64,000 nt of DNA from Candidatus Poribacteria bacterium. GTDB taxonomy: Bacteria; Poribacteria; WGA-4E; WGA-3G. This document shows, piece by piece, positions 8,975 to 18,402 of the stretch. Each line of letters begins with the position of its first letter. Within the stretch, counting starts at the first letter, position 1. A program made the position numbers and the translations under genes. Under the pieces are notes generated by a model that ran no database searches, was not told the DNA's origin, and saw nothing but the letters and a program-made list of their open reading frames with translations. Where the stretch lies: assembly GCA_965214095.1 (NCBI GenBank), contig OZ243938.1, positions 1,664,001-1,728,000 of the forward strand. The letters run 5' to 3'.

Positions 8975-10186
8975 TCAATACCGATCTGGATACCAAAAGA
9001 GAACGTCACGTTTCGGAAACAACACACTTAGAAAGGCAGAGACTTCATCAGAAACTGACACATCTGCTTTTATCTCCTCCCATCCGATTTCACCGAACAG
9101 CAGTTGCCAAAAATCTTCCGCACGCATTTCTAATTGATCAACATCATGTGCATCGTTCAAAATTTGAATAGTGGTGTTACCATCGTATCGTAATACTGGC
9201 TGTTGATTGTTCACAACTGGAAATTTCACAGCGAGTGATGGAAACGATTGTTCCGCTTCAGCAATTGCTGCTTCCCAGCCAACAACAAGACGACGTAGCA
9301 GAGTAGGTAAGCAGACAGCATAGAGCATCATCGTAGTATCTGTGAACTTTGTAACTTCATCTTGGCACCTTGAGATAAGCTGCGCCACAAGCGGATGTTT
9401 CGGTGAGAAAATGCCATGCATCTCTTCAATCTGTTCTGTTTCACAGACTTGCATAAGATAGGATAGCAATGTATCCAAAACTTCAGGTGTGTCGGGTTTG
9501 TAACCAACTTCAAGCACTTCAACAGATTCCTCATGACTATTGTAGTTTAGATATCCGCATAAGTTTCCATTTCGGTGTGCGATCACAGTGGGGAGGATTC
9601 CACGAATTCGGGAGGGTTCCATATCCCAATATGCTCGGGTACGCGAAAGCGTTCCGCTCTGTTGTGCATTAGATAGGTCGTGTATTGATGCGATGGTATC
9701 TATATCGGTTTCTAAATTGAAAGCACGCACCTGAAAGTGAGATTGACTTTCTGCTAAAGTGGCAGATTTGCATTTTATCTGAAACCCGTGGAGAGGCAAG
9801 GATGTCCATCCAAGTCTGCGGTAAAATTCCTCTGGTATGATAGTGAAAAGCACGCCGATGTCACAACCTGCTTTCTTGAGATAGTCTATTGTTTGCCGCA
9901 TGAGTGCGGAAGCATAGCCGACACCCCGATATTTTTCGTGTGTGCAGACACCGCCGATTCCACCCATCGTTACAAGTGACGCACCGATTCTAATTCTCCG
10001 TTCCCAGACGCGCAACGTTGAAACGACCATATCATTCACAACAACGACTCGGGTTTGTGCGAGCCTGTAGCTGCTATCGCCGCGGAGATACTGCCAGTAA
10101 CGTTCATGTTGGTTCGGGTTGAACGCTTGGCAGTTGAGTTCTACGACCTGTTCTAATTCTGATTCGCGTGCTGCTCTGATTTCCAT
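8975..10186 (-). CDS. Eis-like GNAT N-acetyltransferase
   Basis: MGGIGGVCTHEKYRGVGYAS acetyl-CoA motif, FYRRLGW, tandem GNAT-sized domains. Confidence 0.85.
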   Translation of the reverse strand: MEIRAARESELEQVVELNCQAFNPNQHERYWQYLRGDSSYRLAQTRVVVVNDMVVSTLRVWERRIRIGASLVTMGGIGGVCTHEKYRGVGYASALMRQTIDYLKKAGCDIGVLFTIIPEEFYRRLGWTSLPLHGFQIKCKSATLAESQSHFQVRAFNLETDIDTIASIHDLSNAQQSGTLSRTRAYWDMEPSRIRGILPTVIAHRNGNLCGYLNYNSHEESVEVLEVGYKPDTPEVLDTLLSYLMQVCETEQIEEMHGIFSPKHPLVAQLISRCQDEVTKFTDTTMMLYAVCLPTLLRRLVVGWEAAIAEAEQSFPSLAVKFPVVNNQQPVLRYDGNTTIQILNDAHDVDQLEMRAEDFWQLLFGEIGWEEIKADVSVSDEVSAFLSVLFPKRDVLFWYPDRY

Positions 10187-10203
10187 ATTTCTCAAACACC
10201 GAT

Positions 10204-11253
10204 TTACTTCATTGTAAAGATAACACCTAATGCTTCCTCTGGGGTTTCTATCAATTTATCGCATGCATCGGATGCTTGGTCAATTGGCACTATGTCTGTG
10301 ATAATATGTTCTAAGTTGACTTTGCCTTCCGATATTAATCTGAGTGATAGTTCTAAGTTGCGTTGTGTTGGCCACGGGACTAACACGGGTGGATAATCTG
10401 CACCGTGTTCATAATCTTCATCGTGGTAGCCTGGACCGGTACGTGCTGCACTGATAACATCCACGTTTCCAAGTCCTGCCGCGAAACCGTGTGTAATGCT
10501 TGCCCCACCCACAATAACAATCCGTCCCATTCTGTGTGTATCTGGAGCAAGTTTTAACATTGAGCGAATTTGCTGGAACGCACTCGTGGCATCTCCACCG
10601 AAGGCGATAATACCACAGTCCATCCCGTATCCGTTGGTGAAATCCTGTGAGATCGGAATCGGGTCAGTTTCTGAAACATTTATTGCGCGACCTATACCAG
10701 ATTTTTCAGCAATTTTTAACCTTAACGGAAGTTTGTCCAACCCGATTACATAAGCACCGGCAGTTTTTGCAACCTGACTTGCCAATTGTCCAAGCATCCC
10801 TAATCCAGCAATGACAACGTTTTCACCGATGCGAATCCGTCCACGCTGTACTGCGTGGAGTGCTGTAGCAGTGAGGTGAACAGATGCCGCCGCCTCATAT
10901 TTGACGTCTTTTGGTATTTTGGCACAGAGGTTGTGCGGCACACATGCATACGTTGCATGGAGTGCGTATCCACCACCCATTCCTGCTACTCTGTCACCGA
11001 TTTCAAATTCATCACAGTCTCCCTCTTTGCCGATGACAATACCCGCGTTGGTATATCCGAATGGACGTTTTTGTGTTGGGTCTCCTGGGTTTTCGCGTCT
11101 CCGTTTCATACCACCGAGTTCTGTGCCTGGACTAACCATAGATGCGTGGACTTCAATTAGTAGTTGACCGGGTTTCGGTGCAGGTGTTTCCTGTTCTTCT
11201 GTTGAGACACGTCCTGCGTCACTTCTCATCACAACTTTTCTTGTTTTGCTCAT
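10204..11253 (-). CDS. Zinc-binding alcohol dehydrogenase (MDR) family protein
   Basis: SMVSPGTE, GYTNAG, GDRVAG, VVIAGLGMLGQ. Confidence 0.88.
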   Translation of the reverse strand: MSKTRKVVMRSDAGRVSTEEQETPAPKPGQLLIEVHASMVSPGTELGGMKRRRENPGDPTQKRPFGYTNAGIVIGKEGDCDEFEIGDRVAGMGGGYALHATYACVPHNLCAKIPKDVKYEAAASVHLTATALHAVQRGRIRIGENVVIAGLGMLGQLASQVAKTAGAYVIGLDKLPLRLKIAEKSGIGRAINVSETDPIPISQDFTNGYGMDCGIIAFGGDATSAFQQIRSMLKLAPDTHRMGRIVIVGGASITHGFAAGLGNVDVISAARTGPGYHDEDYEHGADYPPVLVPWPTQRNLELSLRLISEGKVNLEHIITDIVPIDQASDACDKLIETPEEALGVIFTMK

Positions 11254-11386
11254 ATAGGCTTCCTTTGATGATTTATTTGATGTTGTTCGTATTTTAATCA
11301 AAATCAGTTTTGTTGTCAATCTATAGTCTATTCATAATCCATTGCAGTCAGTGCCAAAACATTACACACCCTCAATTAGTTTTTAT

Positions 11387-11432
11387 TTGCATAAAATCAG
11401 CAATTTGTAGTATAATAATTGATAATTATCAA
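11387..11432 (+). promoter_or_regulatory. Sigma70-like promoter (TTGCAT-18-TATAAT) followed by a Fur-box-like palindrome TTGATAATTATCAA
   Basis: Perfect 14-bp palindrome at 11419-11432 directly after the -10. A second TTGACA-17-TAAACT promoter lies at 11473-11501. Confidence 0.45.
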
Positions 11433-11680
11433 AATAATTACTGAAATTGTTCTATTTGAAATCTAATTTGACTTGACAACGTTTTTACATTAGTATAAAC
11501 TAAATTGTTAAGTATACAACCACGTTTGAGCGATTCGCCTTAATACATATAGCGACAACAAATATTTGTTAATGTGTCCATAGATTTCCGGTGAACCCTC
11601 TCCTCAAACAAGAAATTTGATTAATACCGAAAGGTAGAGAAAACGTCACAAAAAGTAAATGAATTAGTAAGGAGTGTTTT

Positions 11681-14029
11681 ATGAATAATCAGCTTTTGAA
11701 CAGGAAATTGTTATTTTCCTTGATGGCTGTAATAATGTGTTTGGGATTCACAGCACTGAGTTACGGTGCAGCCACCGTATCTGTTGATCCCGCTACTGTT
11801 GAGTCTCCCGCTGTCGGTGAACAACTCACTATAAATATTAATATTGCTGGTGGTGCTGGTGTGGGCGGTTTCCAAGCAACCGTCAATTATGACAATACTG
11901 CGCTTAGTTATGTTTCCGCTGCAAAAGGAGCTTATATTCCTGGAGATATACTTGCAGGAACATTTTTCCCAGTTATACGACCAGGTGATTCTCTTGTCGT
12001 CATTGGTGGAACGTCTGTTGGTGCAGGAACTGCAGATGGTGATGGAACGCTTGCTACGGTAACCTTTGAGGTGCTTGAGGTAAAAGCGTCATCTATCACT
12101 CTGTCAGACGTTATCGTTTCTGATGCTGCTGGAGCGAACTTAGAAGCCACAACTGCAGACGGCGCGGTTACTGTACCTACTCCAGAAGAGGAAACCACTG
12201 AAGAAACTACAGAGGAAACCACTGAAGAGACTACAGAAGAAACCACTGAAGAAACTACAGAAGAAACCACTGAAGAAACTACAGAGGAAACCACTGAAGA
12301 AACTACTACAGAGGAAACCACTGAAGAGACTACAGAGGAAACCACTGAAGAGACTACAGAGGAAACCACTGAAGAAACTACAGAGGAAACCACTGAAGAA
12401 ACTACAGAGGAAACCGTTGTAGCAGAACCTGTTATCCCCGATCCACAAGTGTTCGCTATTACCCTCACCAACCTAACAGAAGGTGAACCGGGAATGGGTG
12501 GACAGATCTTCTCACCTCCAATCTTTGCAGCACATCCTGCTGCTAAACTCTTTGAAGTTGGTATGCCCGCGTCCCCAGCACTTGTCCTGCTCGCTGAAGG
12601 TGGAGACACCTCAGGCCTTGCCGCACTCGCAGCAGCTGTTGGAGCAACTCCTGTCATGGGAGAAGGTATGGTTCTACCCGGTGCATCCGTTACCGTTATG
12701 GTTTCAGCAGATGCGATGAACTCTGCACTTTCACTCGCAACAATGTTGGTCTCAACAAATGATGCATTTATTGGAACTACTGACTTAGCCTTGTATGATG
12801 AAATGGGAATGCCTATTAACACAACATTATATCTAAGGTCTTACGATGCTGGTAGTGAACAGAATACGGAACGTGGTACAGATATTCCTGGTCCAGTTGG
12901 TCTGCCTGCAGATGAAGACCCGATGGGGTCTAATGCACGTGTTCCCACTGAAGGTGGCGTAATCACACCGCACCCTGGAATCCAAGGTGTAGGTGATGTC
13001 TTACCATCATTTGCATGGGAAGAACCCACAGCGATGGTTACAATTGCACCTTATGTGCCAGAACCACCACCAGAACCACCACCCGTATTGCCTACTTATG
13101 ATGTCAAACTCGCAGCGGGACTAAACATGATCTCTGTTCCGTTGATGCCGACAGAACCCTACACAGCAAAATCTCTTGCAGAAATGTTAGGTTCAACGGT
13201 TGTCATCAGGTTAGATGCCTATTCACAGACTTTTGATGGTTATGTCGTTGTTGATGATGATGATGGCTTCGCAATAGAAGGTGGCAAAGGTTATATCGTC
13301 AATACACCGGCAGGTGGAACGGTAACATTTAGTGGTAATGCATGGTCTAATGAACCGGCAGATATGCCGATGCATGAAGGCACAATGGATGAAGCCGCTG
13401 CTGCACCTAAGATTACTACTTCAAGTGCTTGGGCATTTATCGTTACAAGTAACTTGCAGGAGAAAGTAAGTGGTGCTACCTACACAATGGTTGGCAAAAA
13501 CCTCCGCACTGGTGTAGTTTCAACCAAAACAGTTACCAGTGAAGATGGATATGTTTCGGCTGTTTGGGCAGATCTGAGCGAGAAGAGCGTCGTGCAAGCT
13601 GGAGATAAAATTGAGATCTCTGTTCTTGACGAAGATGGCACTGTTGTGTCCGGTCCGTTTGAACGCACAGTCCAAAGCACAGATATTCACAACGCATATA
13701 TGGATGTGGAAATGCGTGTTGGCGATGTACGTCCAAAAGATAGTATTCTTGGACAGAACTTCCCCAATCCGTTCAATCCTGAAACTTGGATTCCATATCA
13801 GTTGAGCAGTGATTCCAATGTTATGATTACGATCTATGATGTTTCTGGTCATACAGTTCGTGAATTAAACTTGGGTCATAAGTCAACGGGTTCGTATATG
13901 ACGAATTCATCAGCGGCCTATTGGGATGGTAAGAATGAAACGGGTGAACATGTTTCGAGCGGTATCTATTTCTATTCGCTCCAAACAGCGACTTTCTCCG
14001 CGACCCGTCGCATGGTCATACTCAAGTAG
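11681..14029 (+). CDS. Secreted protein: cohesin + (EETT)n linker + Spondin_N + C-terminal FlgD-Ig/T9SS-type sorting domain
   Basis: Signal peptide. Cohesin pattern VGEQLTININI...FQATVNYDNTALSYVS...GDGTLATVTFEV. Spondin_N motifs FSPPIFAAH, SPALVLLAEGG, MLVSTNDAF, YDAGSE.N. C-terminus LGQNFPNPFNPETWIPYQL...WDGKN..GE.VSSGIYFY. Confidence 0.8.
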   Translation: MNNQLLNRKLLFSLMAVIMCLGFTALSYGAATVSVDPATVESPAVGEQLTININIAGGAGVGGFQATVNYDNTALSYVSAAKGAYIPGDILAGTFFPVIRPGDSLVVIGGTSVGAGTADGDGTLATVTFEVLEVKASSITLSDVIVSDAAGANLEATTADGAVTVPTPEEETTEETTEETTEETTEETTEETTEETTEETTEETTEETTTEETTEETTEETTEETTEETTEETTEETTEETTEETVVAEPVIPDPQVFAITLTNLTEGEPGMGGQIFSPPIFAAHPAAKLFEVGMPASPALVLLAEGGDTSGLAALAAAVGATPVMGEGMVLPGASVTVMVSADAMNSALSLATMLVSTNDAFIGTTDLALYDEMGMPINTTLYLRSYDAGSEQNTERGTDIPGPVGLPADEDPMGSNARVPTEGGVITPHPGIQGVGDVLPSFAWEEPTAMVTIAPYVPEPPPEPPPVLPTYDVKLAAGLNMISVPLMPTEPYTAKSLAEMLGSTVVIRLDAYSQTFDGYVVVDDDDGFAIEGGKGYIVNTPAGGTVTFSGNAWSNEPADMPMHEGTMDEAAAAPKITTSSAWAFIVTSNLQEKVSGATYTMVGKNLRTGVVSTKTVTSEDGYVSAVWADLSEKSVVQAGDKIEISVLDEDGTVVSGPFERTVQSTDIHNAYMDVEMRVGDVRPKDSILGQNFPNPFNPETWIPYQLSSDSNVMITIYDVSGHTVRELNLGHKSTGSYMTNSSAAYWDGKNETGEHVSSGIYFYSLQTATFSATRRMVILK
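12188..12415 (+). repeat. Coding tandem repeat: about 18 EETT units (12-nt unit, 24-nt higher-order period)
   Basis: Alternating GAGGAAACCACT / GAAGARACTACA units, with one EETTT variant. Confidence 0.95.
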
Positions 14030-14053
14030 ATTTCATAACTAAAACTGAATAAC

Positions 14054-14126
14054 AAAAAACGCCCCGACTGCCGGTTTTCCGACCGCGAATCAATTTGATT
14101 AGCGTCGGCGGCGGGGGCGTTTTTTC
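14054..14126 (+). terminator. Long GC-rich stem-loop between the cohesin and dockerin genes
   Basis: AAAAAACGCCCC...GGGGCGTTTTTT outer stem enclosing an inner CCGAC...GTCGG hairpin. Confidence 0.65.
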
Positions 14127-14134
14127 ATGTTATT

Positions 14135-17100
14135 ATGAGGGAGGTACTTTTGAATAAACGAAACAAGACATTTTTTCTTTGTAGCATGCTTGTACTCTTG
14201 TGTGTAGCAAGCAGTAGTAGTGTATTTGCCTTTTCTTCTAATCCACCAGATGAACTGACTGGTGCTCCAAATGAAGGGAACTGTACGCAATGTCATACAG
14301 GTAATGACTTGAATGTTGTGGGTGGGTCATTGATGTTAACAGTGCCTGGTGTCTATACTCCCGGCATGGAATACGATATTGTTGTTGAATTAGCACGTGC
14401 AGGACAGAGTCGGTGGGGATTTCAGATTACCGCGCAGGATAGCAAAAATGTGCGCGCAGGTACCTTCGCCACTTCGGATACAAATACTCGATTAGAAAAA
14501 GCGAACAGTAAACAATATATTGAACATACATCCGTAGGAACTGCTGCAGGTACAAGAAACTCAAACAGTTGGACATTTAAATGGACTGCTCCATCCAATG
14601 ATGTTGGACCGATTACGTTTTATGCAGCTGGGAATGCAGCGAATAATGCTAATGGTGCTTTGGGTGATTATATCTATACACAGAGAGCAACATCAGATTC
14701 CATTGCTTATGGCGTTTCATTAGCTGGCGTTGGTTCATTGAATAAAACTGTAAATACGGGGATAGAGACAAGATATACTCTCACAGTAAAGAACACTGGT
14801 AATTCAAGAGATACAATAAGTTTGTCTACTTCTGGAATTGCTTCAGCAAGTTTAAACCAGTCATCTGTTACACTTGACGCGGAAACTTCTGCCAACGTGA
14901 CTTTGACAATTCCCGGTTCAGCCTTAACGAGTGCAGGAGAATATAAGGCTACGGTCACTGCCTCGTCACAAGGGGATAGTTCAAAATCTGCTGAAGTTAT
15001 AACTACTACAACTATTCTTCCTGCATACAGTGTTAGTTTAGCAGGCGAAGGTAGCTTAACAAGGCAGACAACAGATGCAAGTAATGGTGTGCGTTATACG
15101 GTCAAAGTCACCAACGATGGCAATACAACTGACACGATACGTTTATCTACTTCAGGTGATGCTTCAGCAACAATAAGTCCGAGTCCTGTCACACTTAGTG
15201 CAGGTGCTTCAAGAAACCTATCATTGACAGTTTCTGACAGTAAACTCGTACAAGCGGGTGAATACAAAGTAAAAGTTACAGCTACATCGCAAAATGACAG
15301 TTCAAAAACTGCTGAAATTACTACCACTACAACTATTTTGCCTGTCTACGATATTGCGATTGAAGGTGTCGATGAACTGACGACTGAAACTGCAGATGCA
15401 AGTGACGGTGTAAGTTATGCACTCAAAATAACTAACAACGGAAATACGGATGATGTAATTGATTTAGCAACATCCGGCACTGCAGCCACGTTAAGTCAAG
15501 AGTCTGTTTCGCTTACATCAGGTGCTTCAGCAGAAGTAATGTTGACGATTTCAGGTGATGTGCTTGCTTTAGCAGATACATATCAAGTCAAGGTTACTGC
15601 TACTTCGCAAGGGGATGATACCCAAACCGTTGAAATCACAACGACTACGACTATCCTGCCTGTCTACGACATATCATTAGAAGGTGTCGGTGAACTGACA
15701 ACTGAAACTGCAGATGCAAGTGATGGTGTAAGTTATACGTTGAAAGTTACAAACAACGGAAATACGGAGGATACGATTGATTTGACAATATCCGGCACTG
15801 CAGCAATGTTAAGTCAAGAGTCTGTTTCGCTTGCATCGGGTGCTTCAGCAGATGTGATGTTGACGATTTCTGGTGATGTGCTTGCTTTGGCAGATAGTTA
15901 TGAAGTCAAGGTCACTGCTACTTCACAAGGTGATGCTACAAATACTGCTGAAATCACAACGACGACGACTATTTTGCCTGTCTTTGACATATCATTAGAA
16001 GGTGTCGGTGACTTGACAACTGAAACTACAGACGCAAGTGACGGTGTGAGTTATACGCTGAAAGTCACAAACAATGGAAATACGAATGATACGATTGACT
16101 TAGCAACATCAGGCACTGCAGCAACATTGAGTCAAGCGTCTGTTTCGCTTGCGTCAGGTGCTTCCACAGAAGTAATGTTGACGATTTCGGGTGATGTGCT
16201 TGCCTTAGCAGATACATATCAAGTCAAGGTTACTGCTACTTCGCAAGGTGATGATACCCAAACCGTTGAAATCATAACGACAACGACTGTTCTCCCCGTA
16301 TACGGCGTGACTTTAACAAGTGATACACTCACTGGTGCAACAACGGAAGCGAATATAGGTGTAACTTATACACTCACAGTAACAAATACCGGTAATACTA
16401 ATGATACGATAGTTCTCGGTTCCTCCGCTGAAGTAGGAATCACCGGTGCTGTTCTGGGTTCGTTCAACCTGCCTAACTCTGAAGAACCTGACATGGCTCA
16501 ACTGGAAATAATGCTTGCTGCAGGGGAATCCGCAGAGGTAGCGTTTATTGCTTCTGGTGATTTGTTGACACAGCCCGGTGAATATGAAATTGTGGTTACA
16601 GCGACTTCACAAGGAGATACTACGAAGTCTGCTCAACTTACCACAACAACCACGATAACTGCTGTTCCACCGGAATACGGTGTCATGTTGCAGGGTAAAG
16701 ACGAACTCACAGGTGAGACAATGGACATCTTAACAGGTGTCACTTATACACTTATCGTTACAAATACGGGTAACACCGATGACACAATTGTTCTCAGTTC
16801 TTCAGTAGAGGTCGGAATTGAAGGTAACGTTCTCGGTTCGTTCAGCCAATCTGACGATCAAGAAATGTCCACAGCTCAGTTGCAACTTACACTTGCTGCT
16901 GGCGAAACTGTAGAAGTAGAATTCACTGCTTCTGGTGATTTCTTCACGAAGCCGGGTGAATATGAGATAATGGTTACCGCAACTTCACAAGGCGATACTA
17001 CGAAAATTGCTGAAGTTACGACCACAACTACGATTGAACCTGTGCCGTGGGATCTGAATGCTGATGGCACGGTGAATATCTTGGATCTGGTCGCGGTTGC

Positions 17101-17239
17101 TAACCAATTCGGTGAAACAGGTGAAGGACTTTCTGGTGATGTGAATATGGATGGCACGGTGAATATCTTGGATTTAGTTGCGGTTGCTAACCAATTCGGA
17201 AAATCACAAGCAGAGATTGTCCAAGCAGCTAACCAATAG
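14135..17239 (+). CDS. Secreted protein: CxxCH-containing Reeler-like (choice-of-anchor V) domain + 7 Ig-like repeats + type I dockerin
   Basis: Signal peptide; TGAPNEGNCTQCH, GFQITA, FKWTAP...GPITFYAAGN. Seven ~106-aa repeats with VTNxGNxxD. Duplicated DxNxDGTVNILDLVAVANQFG. Start may be TTG 14150. Confidence 0.8.
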   Translation: MREVLLNKRNKTFFLCSMLVLLCVASSSSVFAFSSNPPDELTGAPNEGNCTQCHTGNDLNVVGGSLMLTVPGVYTPGMEYDIVVELARAGQSRWGFQITAQDSKNVRAGTFATSDTNTRLEKANSKQYIEHTSVGTAAGTRNSNSWTFKWTAPSNDVGPITFYAAGNAANNANGALGDYIYTQRATSDSIAYGVSLAGVGSLNKTVNTGIETRYTLTVKNTGNSRDTISLSTSGIASASLNQSSVTLDAETSANVTLTIPGSALTSAGEYKATVTASSQGDSSKSAEVITTTTILPAYSVSLAGEGSLTRQTTDASNGVRYTVKVTNDGNTTDTIRLSTSGDASATISPSPVTLSAGASRNLSLTVSDSKLVQAGEYKVKVTATSQNDSSKTAEITTTTTILPVYDIAIEGVDELTTETADASDGVSYALKITNNGNTDDVIDLATSGTAATLSQESVSLTSGASAEVMLTISGDVLALADTYQVKVTATSQGDDTQTVEITTTTTILPVYDISLEGVGELTTETADASDGVSYTLKVTNNGNTEDTIDLTISGTAAMLSQESVSLASGASADVMLTISGDVLALADSYEVKVTATSQGDATNTAEITTTTTILPVFDISLEGVGDLTTETTDASDGVSYTLKVTNNGNTNDTIDLATSGTAATLSQASVSLASGASTEVMLTISGDVLALADTYQVKVTATSQGDDTQTVEIITTTTVLPVYGVTLTSDTLTGATTEANIGVTYTLTVTNTGNTNDTIVLGSSAEVGITGAVLGSFNLPNSEEPDMAQLEIMLAAGESAEVAFIASGDLLTQPGEYEIVVTATSQGDTTKSAQLTTTTTITAVPPEYGVMLQGKDELTGETMDILTGVTYTLIVTNTGNTDDTIVLSSSVEVGIEGNVLGSFSQSDDQEMSTAQLQLTLAAGETVEVEFTASGDFFTKPGEYEIMVTATSQGDTTKIAEVTTTTTIEPVPWDLNADGTVNILDLVAVANQFGETGEGLSGDVNMDGTVNILDLVAVANQFGKSQAEIVQAANQ
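15341..16294 (+). repeat. Three near-identical 318-bp intragenic repeats (Ig-like units 3-5)
   Basis: CCTGTCT.. unit starts at 15341, 15659 and 15977, with highly similar DNA. Confidence 0.85.
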
Positions 17240-17305
17240 TTGTAATTTAGTAATTATCCGATGGGCGCGCATTCTTTTGCGTGCCCATACCTTATGGAGA
17301 TGAAT

Positions 17306-18373
17306 ATGGCATCAAAATATCGGGTCGGTATTATCGGATGTGGTGGAATTGCCAACGCACATGCCCGAGGATATGAAGGCGTTGAGCAAACTGAAATCGT
17401 CGCCCTTGCAGACCCTATTCAGGCTGCACTTGATAGGTTTTCAGACACCTACGGCGTTTCAAAGGAACACTGTTATTTAGACCCACGAGATATGCTGGAT
17501 AACGAAAATCTTGATATTGTCAGTATTGCGACTTGGCACAAACTTCACGCACCGATGACAATCGCAGCGTGTGCACGAGCACCAAAGGCTGTCCTCTGTG
17601 AAAAACCGATGGGTGTTAATCTGGGTGAGTGCGATGAAATGTTGATTGCTGCAAACCGAAACAGTGTCAAACTTGTTATAGGCCACCAACGTCGGTTTAA
17701 TTCCGCATGGACAGATGCACGCAATCTCATCGCTGAAGGGGCAATCGGTGAACCCCGACAGATCGTCTGCCACGGCGGACAAGGATTGTTAAATGATTGC
17801 TCACATCTCTTTGACATGATGCGATATGTCCTCGGTGATCCTGCTCCTCAATGGGTCATCGGTAACGTTGAACGCAAAACGGAACGATATGAACGGGATA
17901 TTCAGATTGAAGATCGAAGTGCGGGTATCGTCGGATTTGCGAACGGATGTATCGGTATGCTAACGCAGGAAATTGGTAGACCAAATTATCAAGGTGGGAT
18001 TGTCTACGGAACTGACGGAATAGCAGATGTGACAGAGGGACGCGTGCGTCTACTCAACAATAAGGCTACAGATTGGGAAGAACGTCCTTCTGATGGAACA
18101 AACCAGCACATTGCACAAGCACAAGAATTAGTTGAATGGATTGAAGATGGAGCGGAACACCGTGGCGAAGCAAAACATGGACGTGCTGCTGTTGAGATTA
18201 TAATGGCGATATACGAATCAGCACGTATGCACGAAGTGGTACAACTGCCGTTACGCACCCATGCAAACCCGCTTGATTTAATGATTGAAAGCGGTGATTT
18301 ACCCATTGAACGTCCGGGTAGATATGACATACGAGCGTTTTTGCTACGCGGCGAATCCATGAAACCTGAATAA
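17306..18373 (+). CDS. Gfo/Idh/MocA oxidoreductase
   Basis: VGIIGCGGIANAH, LCEKPM, GHQRRF. Confidence 0.9.
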   Translation: MASKYRVGIIGCGGIANAHARGYEGVEQTEIVALADPIQAALDRFSDTYGVSKEHCYLDPRDMLDNENLDIVSIATWHKLHAPMTIAACARAPKAVLCEKPMGVNLGECDEMLIAANRNSVKLVIGHQRRFNSAWTDARNLIAEGAIGEPRQIVCHGGQGLLNDCSHLFDMMRYVLGDPAPQWVIGNVERKTERYERDIQIEDRSAGIVGFANGCIGMLTQEIGRPNYQGGIVYGTDGIADVTEGRVRLLNNKATDWEERPSDGTNQHIAQAQELVEWIEDGAEHRGEAKHGRAAVEIIMAIYESARMHEVVQLPLRTHANPLDLMIESGDLPIERPGRYDIRAFLLRGESMKPE

Positions 18374-18402
18374 TTTCCGCCTATAAATGCAAATTTAATA
18401 CC

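Noticed and set aside
11560-11670. Known riboswitch in the cohesin-gene leader
   Set aside because: Only short pairings (ACCGAAAGGT); I could not match any riboswitch consensus.
12188-12415. Possible CRISPR array
   Set aside because: Contiguous coding repeat without unique spacers. I saw no cas genes or repeat-spacer arrays in the window.
11932-12822. 296-aa minus-strand ORF with (SSVV)n
   Set aside because: It is the antisense shadow of the EETT repeat in the cohesin gene.
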